Positions 31,730 to 42,979 of a stretch of DNA of 64,000 nucleotides are shown here, piece by piece. The notes beneath the pieces were generated by a model. The model was not told where the DNA came from and did not search any database. It saw only the letters and a list, made by a program, of their open reading frames with translations. Position 1 is the stretch's first letter; every line of letters begins with the position of its first letter. Location of the stretch: contig CM000207.1 in the NCBI GenBank assembly GCA_000002445.1, positions 1,632,001-1,696,000 on the forward strand, read 5' to 3'. The translations under genes were made by a program, and so were the position numbers. This DNA comes from Trypanosoma brucei (taxonomy: Eukaryota).

Positions 31730-32762
31730 TTAAGCGATGTCATCATCACCCTCATCGCACGACTCCCACTCGGGTTCATCCAAATCCCCCTCCTCATCGC
31801 CGTTGTCATCATTAGCAACCACCTCATCGTCCTCTGGTTGCAAAAGTTCAATGGGATTTGGATGATCCATGTCGGGAATCTGCTCCACAGCCGCGGGACC
31901 ACCCATTTCCTCTACTAAAACACCAATGGCTGTGTCCACCTCCTGCAATGCATCCGCATCACCGCCCGAGAGCGTCAACAAGACACGCGCACGACGGAGT
32001 AGGCGAGCCGAATCGATGTAACGTTGGCGAAGCCGCGCTGCTTCCCCAAGGAGGAACCAAATGTAGGGATTGTTCTCACCCATATGAAGGACCTCAAGCA
32101 AGAAACGATACGCGTCTGGGGGTGATACCTGCATGAGCAGGCGGCCAAGCTCCACCTTTGATTCATACGTTGGCTGGTGCACTTCACTAAGAGAGTGTGT
32201 TAATTCAACCGCGCGTCGAAGTGACTGTAGTGCTTCCTCAGGTCGTGACTGACTGAGCCGCAGTGACGCCTGAAGCTGATGAGCCTCCACGCTTCGAGCG
32301 TTGGATCTCATCGCTTGCTCAACTGCTTCCTCACAACGCTGCTCAGCCCCCGAAGTATCGCACAAATCCGTCAGGAAGAGCTCGGCAATGGCACAGTGAA
32401 CAGTTGATAGCGTTTCCATTAGGGCCTCTCTCTTCTTCTTCTCTACACGCATGCAACTCCGTTTGAATCACGGGAAGGGCACGCTGGTAGTATCCCAGCG
32501 CCTCTTCACCCTCGCAAAGCTGAGCGAGGTTTAGGTACTTCACGTGACCGCGTTGTGGGTCAACTTCAATGGCATGACGCAACATCTCCTTCGCACGGTG
32601 AACATCTTGCACGTGATAAATCATCAAGTCCGCGTACGCCTCGAGAACATCAATGTTGTTTGGCTCTCTTGTCAACGCGACCTCGTAGAATTCTTGTGCA
32701 GCGCCTACATTCCCCACATCCGTTGCGCTCTGGGCCAGAGCTAAGAGGGTCTTGACATCCAT
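31730..32762 (-). pseudogene. TPR-like repeat protein with acidic C-terminus; reading frame broken by an apparent 1-nt indel (or sequencing error) near 32425-32452
   Basis: Two overlapping minus-strand ORFs (32343..32762 and 31730..32452) in different frames. Both parts read as helical TPR-like sequence, and the frames cross inside a GA-rich run (gagaagaagaagagagagg). After the shift the first frame becomes junk and terminates. Confidence 0.5.
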
Positions 32763-33301
32763 GTGTTTGCTATCGCCCTCAAGAGCACCGGTTACCGAAA
32801 AGTAGTGAAAAGACTGCCACTGCTCTCCCCCAAGGGAGCGTGCGCAGCTACACTAAGGCTTCGGGGACGATGTAAGTAGATATATATATGTATATATGTA
32901 ATGACAACGAAAAAAAAAAAGTAGAGAGAGAGAGAGAAGGCAGTGGTTGGTATGCTATAAACCAAATAAAAAGTTTCATAGAGGGGGGAAGGGATGGGCG
33001 TCTATATCAAGAGCGGTATGAAACCGCGTTTACGTCTCGTTTTGCAAAGCGCAGCCCGCCTGCAGCTTTACGTATCTACACACATGCATATCTACACATG
33101 TATATATATACATGTTACATATACGCACCCAGCCTGCTGCATCCTGTGTTAATGCACCACACGCGCGCGCCCGAAGTGATGGTACATGTTACGACTATAC
33201 GCGCACCACAAAAACACTTCCTTCTCTGCATGTGTTTCGGATGCAAACGTTTTATGCTTGGCCCGCCCCTAATACTGCAGCGAAGGCGAAGTTCTGCCTT
33301 G

Positions 33302-34108
33302 TCAGTCGTCACTGTCCAACTGAGCAAACTGTTCTGCCAACAGAAGTCGATCGAATATGTGGAGCAGTTCCTCTTCATAGTTTACCTCGTGGCGCTCGTT
33401 AAGCTCAGCTTCAACCCGTAAAATCCGAAGGTCACGAGTTGTGAGATGGTAAGGTGCGCAGCGCAGTACATCCATATACTGGTCAATTGATAGCAAAGAA
33501 GTATCGGATCGGTCAGCGAAGCGTAAAAGTTTCAAAAATTCCTGCTGCACGTCAATCCTTGAAAGCCCATGTACAGTGGTATCCTCGCGGTTGCTCACCT
33601 GAAAGTTGTGCTCGGTACTCCAAACGAAACGCAACGCTGGAAACGACTCACACGCGAACTCTGCATAGTTCACTGGTTCCTTCTCAACCAGTTGCGTGGC
33701 CGTCAGAACATAGAGAGCTTGGGGAAGAGTTAATCCGTATGATTTGAGTAAAGCCTCCTTAATCGCCTTCACGGGTAGAACCCCATTGTTTTCGCTATCA
33801 TGTTCAACAAACATATCTATATATTGCTGCAACCGCTCCCCATATTCCTCCTCTTCCTCCTCCCGTGTGTTGGGTCGTGATTCGAGGTGTGGCAACGCTG
33901 GTGCCGTCATACGATGCTCTCCGGCAGGTTTTGCGTCCATCTCACGTGCTAGTCGTTTGAAGTAGTTGGCACTCCACTGCAAAATATCTTCCGGTTGCTC
34001 CCGTAGCACCTCGCGGGCATATTCCTTCAATACCCCAGGAAACTCGGGTGGGAGGTGTTGACGCGGTTGATAACGATTGGCTAATGTGCGCTCACGGAAT
34101 GTTTCCAT
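33302..34108 (-). CDS. RIIa (PKA regulatory-subunit dimerisation/docking-like) domain protein with a possible EF-hand (268 aa); likely flagellar
   Basis: N-terminal LPPEFPGVLKEYAREVLREQPEDILQWSANYFKRLA is a classic RIIa fold signature. DMFVEHDSENNGVLPVKAIKEAL resembles an EF-hand loop. The track start is a TTG; the first ATG is at 34106-34108. Confidence 0.6.
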   Translation of the reverse strand: METFRERTLANRYQPRQHLPPEFPGVLKEYAREVLREQPEDILQWSANYFKRLAREMDAKPAGEHRMTAPALPHLESRPNTREEEEEEYGERLQQYIDMFVEHDSENNGVLPVKAIKEALLKSYGLTLPQALYVLTATQLVEKEPVNYAEFACESFPALRFVWSTEHNFQVSNREDTTVHGLSRIDVQQEFLKLLRFADRSDTSLLSIDQYMDVLRCAPYHLTTRDLRILRVEAELNERHEVNYEEELLHIFDRLLLAEQFAQLDSDD

Positions 34109-35130
34109 CGTACCCAAAGTGGAAAAAAGAAAAAGAATAGAAGAATAAAGAAACTATTACTACCTCTTTCCTCCCTTTGCCTTTCTTTTCTTATTTTTTT
34201 TCCACTGGTGTTGAAAAGAACTCGCAGCAAAAGCGTGAAACGCAGGGGTCTCTTGATTCCCTTCGGTGTGGGCCTCCTCCACTACTCTAACTATTATTTA
34301 TTCTTTGAATGGCACCTTTTTTGTACACTCGCTTCTTCTTGATTGCTAGAAATAAACCAAGCGCCAAAGTGTTCTAGTGCGTTGTACTTGGATGGTATCG
34401 CTCTGGATACCACAAGAAAAAAAAAGTGGGAAAGCGTGAGGTGGGTTGGCGAAAAAAATAAAAAAAGAAGAGAAAAAAAACAAAGTGCGGAGAAGTCAAC
34501 TGCGACAAGTGTCGAATGCATAAAGTCGTCAACAGAAAAGAAAAAAACAGAGACAAGGGCAAAGAACTGCGCACGCGCACGCGCACAAGCTGCACAAACA
34601 GGCATGCGTGTAGTGGTAGTAGTAAAACTATACGAGTTAATTGCGGCAATGTCTGCCCCGGAGGCCGTGAACCAACCACCAAATTAGGAGGAAGGAGACG
34701 GAAGAAGAAGAAGAAAAGACAGTGTCGTGGAATTCAGAATTCAGCAAAACACAAACGGGGGGAAAATTAGACTACACTAAAGATAAAAAAAAAGATGTAA
34801 GTGTTTAGCCGCGGCCATGTATACGACTCTTCCCACTGTTGGATAAGGAGGTTGATGTGTAAAGTGGTCTATGGGGTTATTTTTCAGTTGCTATAGGCCT
34901 CTCATCCGCTGCTGTTCCTTTTTTGCTCTTTTACTTCACACGATTTAGGAGCATATGTATACATGCGTCAAAGACTGCTTGCGGCTAATACATTCAAAGA
35001 AATGTCTCATGGTTCAACGAATGATAACCGCAACTCGCAGACCCACACATGAAATGCGACAGCAGACGGAAACGGAAAAAAAAATAAAAAAAAAGAGAGG
35101 GCTATCTGTAATTCTTTACGTACATCACTT

Positions 35131-38100
35131 TTACACGCCACCGTAGAGCATCTGGTTGAGTTCCTCCGAAAGGGGGAATTTTTCCTCATCAAGCACCTCA
35201 CAAACTCCATTACTGCGCACAATAAACTTTCTGTTGTCATCCAGCCACCGTAACTCGTATTTCCCGCCTACAAACACCTGCACAGCCCCGTTGGAGAGCA
35301 TAAAGCCACTCATAGAGTTTTCCATATGGAAGCGGTACCAGCGAACAAATACAAAGGGATCACCATTGCATTGAAATGCTGTTTGTGGTGGGCAATAAAC
35401 AGACATAATACCGGGAGACCGCCGCTGTTTTAACATATGTGTGTCGTGGGTTTCGACCAATTGAAGGACATCGTAGATCTTCTTCTCCTCATTCAATGCT
35501 TGTGCCAACGACAAGATACGCGCCACGTCATTATCTTCCTCGATATCAACACGATCTACGACGTATACGATGTGTTCCAACACTGACAGCACAGCTGAGT
35601 GCACAGAAAAACTATGGTTGAAAAATGTAACACCAGTACGTCCCGGCTGAATATGATATGTGACAGCGACTGAGTCGCCTCCTTCTTCCTCCATAGGATA
35701 AAAGTGGTAGTAGCGTATCCAATCACCGTTAAGCAGCATGTGACGTTCCTCAGGTGTGGGTGGGACACTCCGAGACCCGACAGAGAGACGCTCCATCGGT
35801 TTCCATTCACCACTTAGCGTGCGGGGTATTCCTTCGAACCTCCTTGGCGGCGGTACAACTTCCGATTTACTCATTGACAAACGCTCTGCCTTCCTCCGCG
35901 CCACAATTCCCACTACCTCAGCCGCCGGCTCTCGAGACCTCTTGCGTTCCAGTGCTGGCACCGATGCTCGTCGTTTCGGCCGACCACGCTTCGGACTGAC
36001 TGGTTTCACCTCCAACCGACTTTTTACACCAGTCCTAGCAGCTTCGGTTGGAACACTACGACTGCGACGCCCCTGAGATCTCCCCCTTGGCTTGTTCACT
36101 GTAGCTGCATCATTTAGCCTCTTCACGCACGAGCAACTGTGCCTGCGAAGCGCACCTGAACTGGCAAACTCCCTGCCGCAGGCGTCGCAGGTGTAATTAT
36201 TGGCATACTCCTCGTAACATTTTGGACACATGTCCCTACCGCATTGGCAGTGAAAGAAGTACATACTTGATCCAACTGGTTCGAATTCAAAACAGCAGAC
36301 ATCACATACGAAGCCGTACCTGTACTTCTTGTTTGCGCGACCCATTTCCCTGAATGTATGCGGGTGAGTGGCGGACTTTCGCTGCTCTTTCTCCAACCAC
36401 ACCATATGCTCTCGATCAAATAACTCCGTCACGACAGTGGATAGCCGGGTCACCATGCATGAATGCTCTAAGAGTAAAAGCGACGTTTTGACGTTTCGCA
36501 CAGCATTCTCCATGGTAACAAATCCTGATACAACCTCCGCCCCATTCCCCTTCTTTTTACGGGCCGTAACAGTGCTGCCTCGCCTTGCCCCAACTCCATG
36601 GCTATTGTTCCCTCCCCCTCGTTTGGTATCAACCGTATGTTCAATAGGCGATGTGCTCCGTTGCACAGTGCCATTTGCACTTTTTGGCTTGGGATCTCTT
36701 TTCCCCACGAGATTTATACCCTTCGCTCGATCCACATTGTTCGAACGAGGTTGACGCCCCTGTGGTGAGCGCTGGCCGATATTCAATCCTGTTTTCGTCT
36801 CTTCTTTGCCCTCCGCCTCCAACAATACCAATGAGGCTGCGGCACTGCCTGTAGGGAAATCCGCATTTCCACGGCCTTCCGTTGTGCAAGGAACAGGCGT
36901 TACTGTCCTACTTCTTGCATTCACGCGAGAGTTTGCACGTGACGCTGACGAAGCCGCGGCCCTAGCGGATCTCGACCTGCTCCGTTTCAGGCTCCTCTCT
37001 GTTTCCTCGGCTATAACAGACGAAATCTCACGAATAGGCTTTTTCACTTTAGGGTCGGGCCTTACATCGTAGACTTGATGTATCGGCACACCACCCACCG
37101 ATAACTCCTCCCTAGCGACGAATTTCAAAGACGAACGGTGTCCCTCCTCCGTCTCTTCCTCGTCAGAACCTCTTATTCTGCTTTCTGTGAGGCTTGCGTT
37201 CACATCGGCACTTCGCTGCTCGACAGCACGCAGCAAATGAGACTCATCGTGCGAAAGTAGAAAATCATCCTCCACGCCGAGGAAAGTAGTTACCACCCTT
37301 GGGGTTGCTCTGCGCCTATCGCCCCATTCCGGTCTCATGAGGAGAGCGTTGATATCTGGACGATTTTGTGGATCAGGGACAAGGACGAAGTCCACAAGTC
37401 CCCGTAGCTTCCTGGAGACGCTACAACCACTAGGCCACGACCATTCAGCGGCAGCGACACGACGAAGCAACTCAGCGTTTTCCTTCGGTATTTCGTGGGA
37501 CTGCTTGTCATTCGGAGAGGCGTCGGTGGGTATGGCAGCAGTGTTATGCATATTGGTGTCAGCAGTTCTCTCTGTCATCCGCGGGGCACCTGTGGAGGCA
37601 TACGGATTCCGTTGTGCGAAAATTGAAAAAAGCACCATTCCCACAGACCACACATCTGCTGCCGCACCAACGCTAACTCTCTGATCCCTGTGTAAAGCGT
37701 TATGAGCCATCTCCGGGGCCATGAATGCGATAGTGCCAGCGACTACATCTCCAGGAGGAGGGTTCCACACAGACGTCGCAAGTCCAAAATCTATGAGTTT
37801 TAAGTTACCATCCAAATCGAAGACAAAATTCTGAAGTTTAACATCCCTGTGGATGCAATGTTGTTCATGGACGTACGCCACTGCTTGCACTACTTGGTAT
37901 GCAACGAACAACTTGTCCGCCTCATCTGTTAGACACTTTGACAGAAGGAAGTCATGCAGTGTGTGTGGGAAACACAATTCCATCCCCACAGCCATGAGGT
38001 CCCCGGACTTATTCAATGCACCAAATAAAAACCGTGGCAGCAGGAGTTTTCCTTTTGTGCAGACCCTTCCAAGCACTTCCAGTTCCTGCTTGAGCCGTGT

Positions 38101-38307
38101 AACCTTTCCTGTTGTAATCTTTAATGCCAATCTCGGATATTCATCACAAGAGGCTCTGTAAACGGTGCCAAAAGAACCTTGTCCAATGCGTTCGCACGCC
38201 TCCAGGGATAAACACTTTCCTTGAGATGAATCACGAGAAGGCAATCGCACCCTCACAGCACGCACGCAGCCCTCCTCGTACAATATTTGTTCTACTGTGC
38301 CAATCAT
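35131..38307 (-). CDS. Large Ser/Thr protein kinase (1058 aa) with polo-kinase-like catalytic domain, central C2H2-like zinc finger and two C-terminal polo-box-like repeats
   Basis: Kinase motifs IGQGSFGTVY, LALKI, HRDVKLQNFVF, IDFGLA, FMAPEM. Cys/His cluster YTCDACGREFASSGALRRHSCSC. C-terminal WIRYYHF...VTFFNHSF and VRWYRFHMENSMSGFMLSNGAVQVFV resemble polo-box 1 and 2 (compare Plk1 [24 protein letters not shown]). The track start is a TTG; the first ATG is at 38305-38307. Confidence 0.75.
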   Translation of the reverse strand: MIGTVEQILYEEGCVRAVRVRLPSRDSSQGKCLSLEACERIGQGSFGTVYRASCDEYPRLALKITTGKVTRLKQELEVLGRVCTKGKLLLPRFLFGALNKSGDLMAVGMELCFPHTLHDFLLSKCLTDEADKLFVAYQVVQAVAYVHEQHCIHRDVKLQNFVFDLDGNLKLIDFGLATSVWNPPPGDVVAGTIAFMAPEMAHNALHRDQRVSVGAAADVWSVGMVLFSIFAQRNPYASTGAPRMTERTADTNMHNTAAIPTDASPNDKQSHEIPKENAELLRRVAAAEWSWPSGCSVSRKLRGLVDFVLVPDPQNRPDINALLMRPEWGDRRRATPRVVTTFLGVEDDFLLSHDESHLLRAVEQRSADVNASLTESRIRGSDEEETEEGHRSSLKFVAREELSVGGVPIHQVYDVRPDPKVKKPIREISSVIAEETERSLKRSRSRSARAAASSASRANSRVNARSRTVTPVPCTTEGRGNADFPTGSAAASLVLLEAEGKEETKTGLNIGQRSPQGRQPRSNNVDRAKGINLVGKRDPKPKSANGTVQRSTSPIEHTVDTKRGGGNNSHGVGARRGSTVTARKKKGNGAEVVSGFVTMENAVRNVKTSLLLLEHSCMVTRLSTVVTELFDREHMVWLEKEQRKSATHPHTFREMGRANKKYRYGFVCDVCCFEFEPVGSSMYFFHCQCGRDMCPKCYEEYANNYTCDACGREFASSGALRRHSCSCVKRLNDAATVNKPRGRSQGRRSRSVPTEAARTGVKSRLEVKPVSPKRGRPKRRASVPALERKRSREPAAEVVGIVARRKAERLSMSKSEVVPPPRRFEGIPRTLSGEWKPMERLSVGSRSVPPTPEERHMLLNGDWIRYYHFYPMEEEGGDSVAVTYHIQPGRTGVTFFNHSFSVHSAVLSVLEHIVYVVDRVDIEEDNDVARILSLAQALNEEKKIYDVLQLVETHDTHMLKQRRSPGIMSVYCPPQTAFQCNGDPFVFVRWYRFHMENSMSGFMLSNGAVQVFVGGKYELRWLDDNRKFIVRSNGVCEVLDEEKFPLSEELNQMLYGGV

Positions 38308-38760
38308 ATCCAAAAAATGCAAGTGTACTATCTCCCTTGCGCTTTACTGGTAATATATAATTAATAAATAAAGAACAAGAGGGGGAAAAAAGGAGAGTAA
38401 CCAAAAACAATGTAACAACAACAAAGGAAAGGAAAGGAAATTTACCAATGACTGTGTTATTGTTCCTTCTTTTTTCTTTCTTCTTTTTTTCTTGATCCTT
38501 TTCTTTTTTTTCTTCTCGTGCGTGTGGCAGTGAACACAATTGTTTATTGATGTGAATTGCGAAAAGCAACAACAACAACTTCAGCAGATAGGTGGAAAAC
38601 CGGTCACAAAAGTAGAGTGCAAAGGGGTGAGAAGTTACCCGCTACTAATCCCCGAGCTGTAAAAAAAAAAAAAAGCAACGGAGTATAATTTTCGAAGGAA
38701 AAAAGCACCAGGAGTCACGAAATAAACAAAAATAAAAATATATATATATATGCAACACCA

Positions 38761-39099
38761 TCACAAACTCTCAGAGAACGACGGATGCGCTGCTGCACAG
38801 ATAAATTCATCCCGCACCTTCTCATCTGTCAGGCACTGTAAGAAATATAATATTTTCACCGATTTTAGTTTCTTCCGCATTGCAGCAGTCGCCGAATATT
38901 TATGCAGCACTTCCCGAAGATATGATTGGACTTCTTCATTTAAAAGCGACGAGCAAAGCGCTGCACCGCTAGTAGGCATGAGCGAATGCGACACAATCAA
39001 ATGAATAGCACGCGCATTGGAGAAACATTCATTTAAAAGTTTAAGTTCGTTTTGCTCCCTTGTGATATCAGCGGATGCTTCAGCAGGAATATGTTCCAT
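38761..39099 (-). CDS. Small hypothetical protein (112 aa)
   Basis: ATG at 39097-39099, in the unit's orientation, non-repetitive. Confidence 0.4.
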   Translation of the reverse strand: MEHIPAEASADITREQNELKLLNECFSNARAIHLIVSHSLMPTSGAALCSSLLNEEVQSYLREVLHKYSATAAMRKKLKSVKILYFLQCLTDEKVRDEFICAAAHPSFSESL

Positions 39100-39147
39100 A
39101 CCCTTATGTTTTTATTTCCTATCCAACACACATATATGTGCGTATTA

Positions 39148-39157
<10 letters not shown>

Positions 39158-39215
<58 letters not shown>
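39158..39215. repeat. (TA)n microsatellite, about 29 units
   Basis: Uninterrupted tatata... run directly upstream of the 38761-39099 gene. Confidence 0.9.
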
Positions 39216-39218
<3 letters not shown>

Positions 39219-42115
39219 TAGTAATAGATCTAAAGCACTCGAGTTGTATGCCCATTGCGGTGACGCATCATATGGGTGAAGAGATAAAAATTAAAAAAAA
39301 AAAATAAAGAAAAGAAAAGAAGGTAAAAGTGCGATGAAGATCAAAACATAAAAACTACAAAAAATAAAATAAAAGCGTTTCACTCAGCACATAAAGGGTA
39401 CGAGACAGTCAGACAATACGCAAAGGCGATGAATTTGAAGGTGATCAAACTTTGTCGATGAGTTTCCTTTGGTTTGGTTTTTTTAAAAAAAAAAACAAAG
39501 TCAAATAGAAAAAATGGAAAGGAAGGGAAAAAAAAAGGAATAGGAGTACGAAGCATCAGAAAGGAACATTAAAACCAAACAAACAAATTTCTTCCCTTGC
39601 ATGTGTACACGTGCCCAGCACAATAGATAATTAGTATTGGAAAAGAAAAATAGCGGGACAACTGAGACGAAACAACCAAAGGCACTCAGCAACCCGCTTG
39701 TCACAAAGTTGCAGTGAGAAAAGAGTTAATTGACAACAACAAAAAAAAAAAAAACAGCACCCCAAAACAACACCAACAACAACAGAAAAATAAAAAAAAA
39801 ACATGAAACAACAAAAGACGAAACTATACGCCATTTGATGCGGCGTCACGGCTACTGCTAAAAGAAACAAAAGAAATCACACTATAATTCAGGCGTAAAA
39901 AAGAAAATGTCAAAAACAGACATATCACCAAAAACTACACCGATCCCTCTCCTGCCAGAGCCCATTTTTTTATACGATCTTCAGGGGAGCGTAAACATAA
40001 TCTTAAGAAAAAAAAAAGGAAAAAAGTGTTAGTGTTAAACATGAAAAAAAAGAAAAAGAGCAGCAACAACAACAAATGAAAAGACGTTTAAAGTATGTCT
40101 CCCATGTTTCACTGTGTGCCACATATCTTTCATTTTCTTCTTCATTTCCTCCTACACGCGCAAGACAAAAACAAACGAAAACAAAAAAAAAACAAACACA
40201 TTCGAAGAAAAAAAAGAATGAGGAAACAAACAAACATTCACATATCCCTCTAAAACAAGGGTTAGGGTGAGACACCCCCGCCCCCTCCCAAAAAAAAAAA
40301 AACATTTAACACCTATGCGTTATTTTAGTTTCATCTCCCACCTCCTTCAATATGCATATGCATATCACCTCTTTATTTAATTGTTTCTACACCCCCTTTT
40401 TTTTTTTACATATTTCCATTGTCGCCATTACACACACGCATACGCATACGCCTATATATATATATATATATATATATTATATTTCACTTCTTTTTTGCCT
40501 CTTTTTTCATCCTTCTTTTTTCCAAAAAGGAAGTTGATTTGAATCATTCATTTTTCGTTGTTTTCCCCCTTTATTTATTTCCCCCTTCTCATTCTTCAGT
40601 GAGACGTATACGCAACGAAAGTTAAGTGCAGCTGATGAGTTAATGAACACACTGCTGTGAAGAGAGACAGACACACACACAAGCGCAGATAAGAGTGAAA
40701 AAAATGAAAATAAATGAATGAAAATAAGCAAAAGGAGGGAAAGAAAAAGAAAAAAGAAAAAATTTCTTGCATGCGTAAGACGAGTACATAGACGCACAGA
40801 CACATGATGTCAAAATGTAGCGCGGATGAAGGAGGCATCCGCAACAACAAAAAAAAATATATATATATATATTCATTGCAGGAATATACAACAAGGGGGA
40901 AAATCGGAAATTGTAAACTAAAACAAAAATCACCACTTTTCATTTTTGTTCCCCCTCCCCTTTCTTTCTTTTTCTCTCCCTTCTTTTCTTCTTTCCTCTT
41001 TTTTTTTTTTTCGCTCACCGTCACTAATTAAAACAACACCTCCCGCACACGGACACATCCCTCTCCCTCTTCCCCTTCCACCGATTGGATGCAAAAATTA
41101 AAATAAAATAAAACGTAAATAAGTAAGTAACAAATTTTTAAAAAAATGAGACGGAAAGGCAGACGGGAAATTGAATGCAGAAAGGGTGAAAAATAAAAAT
41201 AAAAATAATAGTAATAGTAACAATAAAGATAATAATGATAATCATCATCATCACAATAATCATCCCACCACTAAGCAAAGAAGAAAAAAAAGGTACGTAA
41301 CAACGCTTGAAGGAAAACAACAAAAAAAGTAGGATGGAAGAGTTTAAGGAAAGGAAAGGTAAGGTAAGACTGGATTCCGTGCAATTACACTCAAAAGTGC
41401 ATAAGCAAGCAAACAAACACACATAAATAAATATGTGTATATGCGCGTAAAGGACAAGAACATCTTTTACTTCATTCCTCTCGCTGCTTCCTTATATTAG
41501 AAAAGGTTAACAGCGATTCCTCTTCTTTTTGCTTTTCTCTTTCCATCCCCGCCCCGCCTCCTCTGTTTTTTTTTTCCTTCTTCTTTAATAGGCTTAGGCA
41601 TTTGTTTGGTGGTATTTGTGGCATTTCCCCACGCCGCTTCATATTGTTTGTTTTGTTTTGAAAAAAAAAAAAGTGGAAAATTATCAAAAGTAATAGAACG
41701 TGTAAGTGGCTAATGTCGAAAGACAGAAGCGGGTCGGAACAACAACAAATCATAAGGCCAAATAACCAGCTGTTTGATCATTTAACCCAACCCGAAACAT
41801 ATATATTTACTTATTTATTTTATATATGTGATATTTACATCTATATGCAACGAAAAGAAAAAGAAGCAGAGCAACCGGAAGAAACAAATAAACGTAGGAG
41901 GCATAAGCGCATCCTCTCCTTCCACTGTTTTCTCTCCAGATTCTTTTCATCCTTTGGATTTTTTTGGATTCTCCTCCATTCTCATTTTCTTTCCTTCTTC
42001 TTCCCCTTTCCCCCCCCCATTAACTTAAAAAAAAGAGAAACAAAGACCTCCCCTACCCCATTTCATGTCTTCACTCTCAGTCCCCTCATTTCGTTTGGTA
42101 ATTGAAGTGTATACT

Positions 42116-42979
42116 TTAGATGTTAAAGAAAACCCCCCACGTTTTAATAATACTAGCGTTGATGGCCTCATTTGTAGGCATCTTGAGATGACGTTGCAGG
42201 CAATGTCCCTCTCCTTCTAAACTTACCGCCGTCACTTTGGTCCCCAAAACGATATTGGGCCCAACAGTGCAATGAGGCAGCGGGCACCGCGACGATCCCG
42301 CTCGACTCCGTTTGACGCAACCGGACGGCGCTTTAGGCGGGATCCGCTTCCCAACACGCGGCCGGGGAGGTGATGGTTTTGACTGACATTCCTCCTCCTT
42401 GTCAGCAGGCATATTTGCAAAAAGAGATGCAGCGCGGGAGTCATAACTTCTTTCTTCACTTCCATGCGTCCATGATACTTGATTCCGCCTTACCGCATGA
42501 TGGTGTCCACGCACCGCACGGAATGCAGAGCCCTGTTGATAATCTTGCGCAAGAGACGGCCCCAGTGAGCCCATTGGGGAATCCCGCTTGTCGCATGGAT
42601 GGGAACATGGCGGCATCGTCGGCTGACTGTAAGCTGATGGGCTACTCGCAGAATTTAGTGAACTCGTGGTAGACGAAAAAAATGGCTGTGGAGACCTCAC
42701 CACCGGAGCAACCGCCTCCACATCCCGCCCTTTTTTTTGCATTAGCGTCTGCCGCTGTATGGCACTAATAGCGTCAGCATATCCCAGGTCATACAGATAT
42801 CGACGTGCAGGGTCGCTGAGAACATCATACGCATCTTTCACTTCGCTGAAATTCCTTGATTGATCAGCATCGGTGCGATCAGGATGACACAACAAGGCAA
42901 ACCGCTTGAACGCCTCCCTTATTTCTTTGGCTGTGCATGATGGATGAAGGTTTAGTACAGCGTAGTAATCCACGAACAT
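42116..42979 (-). CDS. DnaJ/J-domain protein (287 aa)
   Basis: N-terminal J domain with HPD motif (DYYAVLNLHPSCTAKEIREAFKRFALLCHPDR...YDVLSDPARRYLYD). The track start is a GTG; the first ATG is at 42977-42979 (MFVDYYAVL). Confidence 0.8.
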   Translation of the reverse strand: MFVDYYAVLNLHPSCTAKEIREAFKRFALLCHPDRTDADQSRNFSEVKDAYDVLSDPARRYLYDLGYADAISAIQRQTLMQKKGRDVEAVAPVVRSPQPFFSSTTSSLNSASSPSAYSQPTMPPCSHPCDKRDSPMGSLGPSLAQDYQQGSAFRAVRGHHHAVRRNQVSWTHGSEERSYDSRAASLFANMPADKEEECQSKPSPPRPRVGKRIPPKAPSGCVKRSRAGSSRCPLPHCTVGPNIVLGTKVTAVSLEGEGHCLQRHLKMPTNEAINASIIKTWGVFFNI

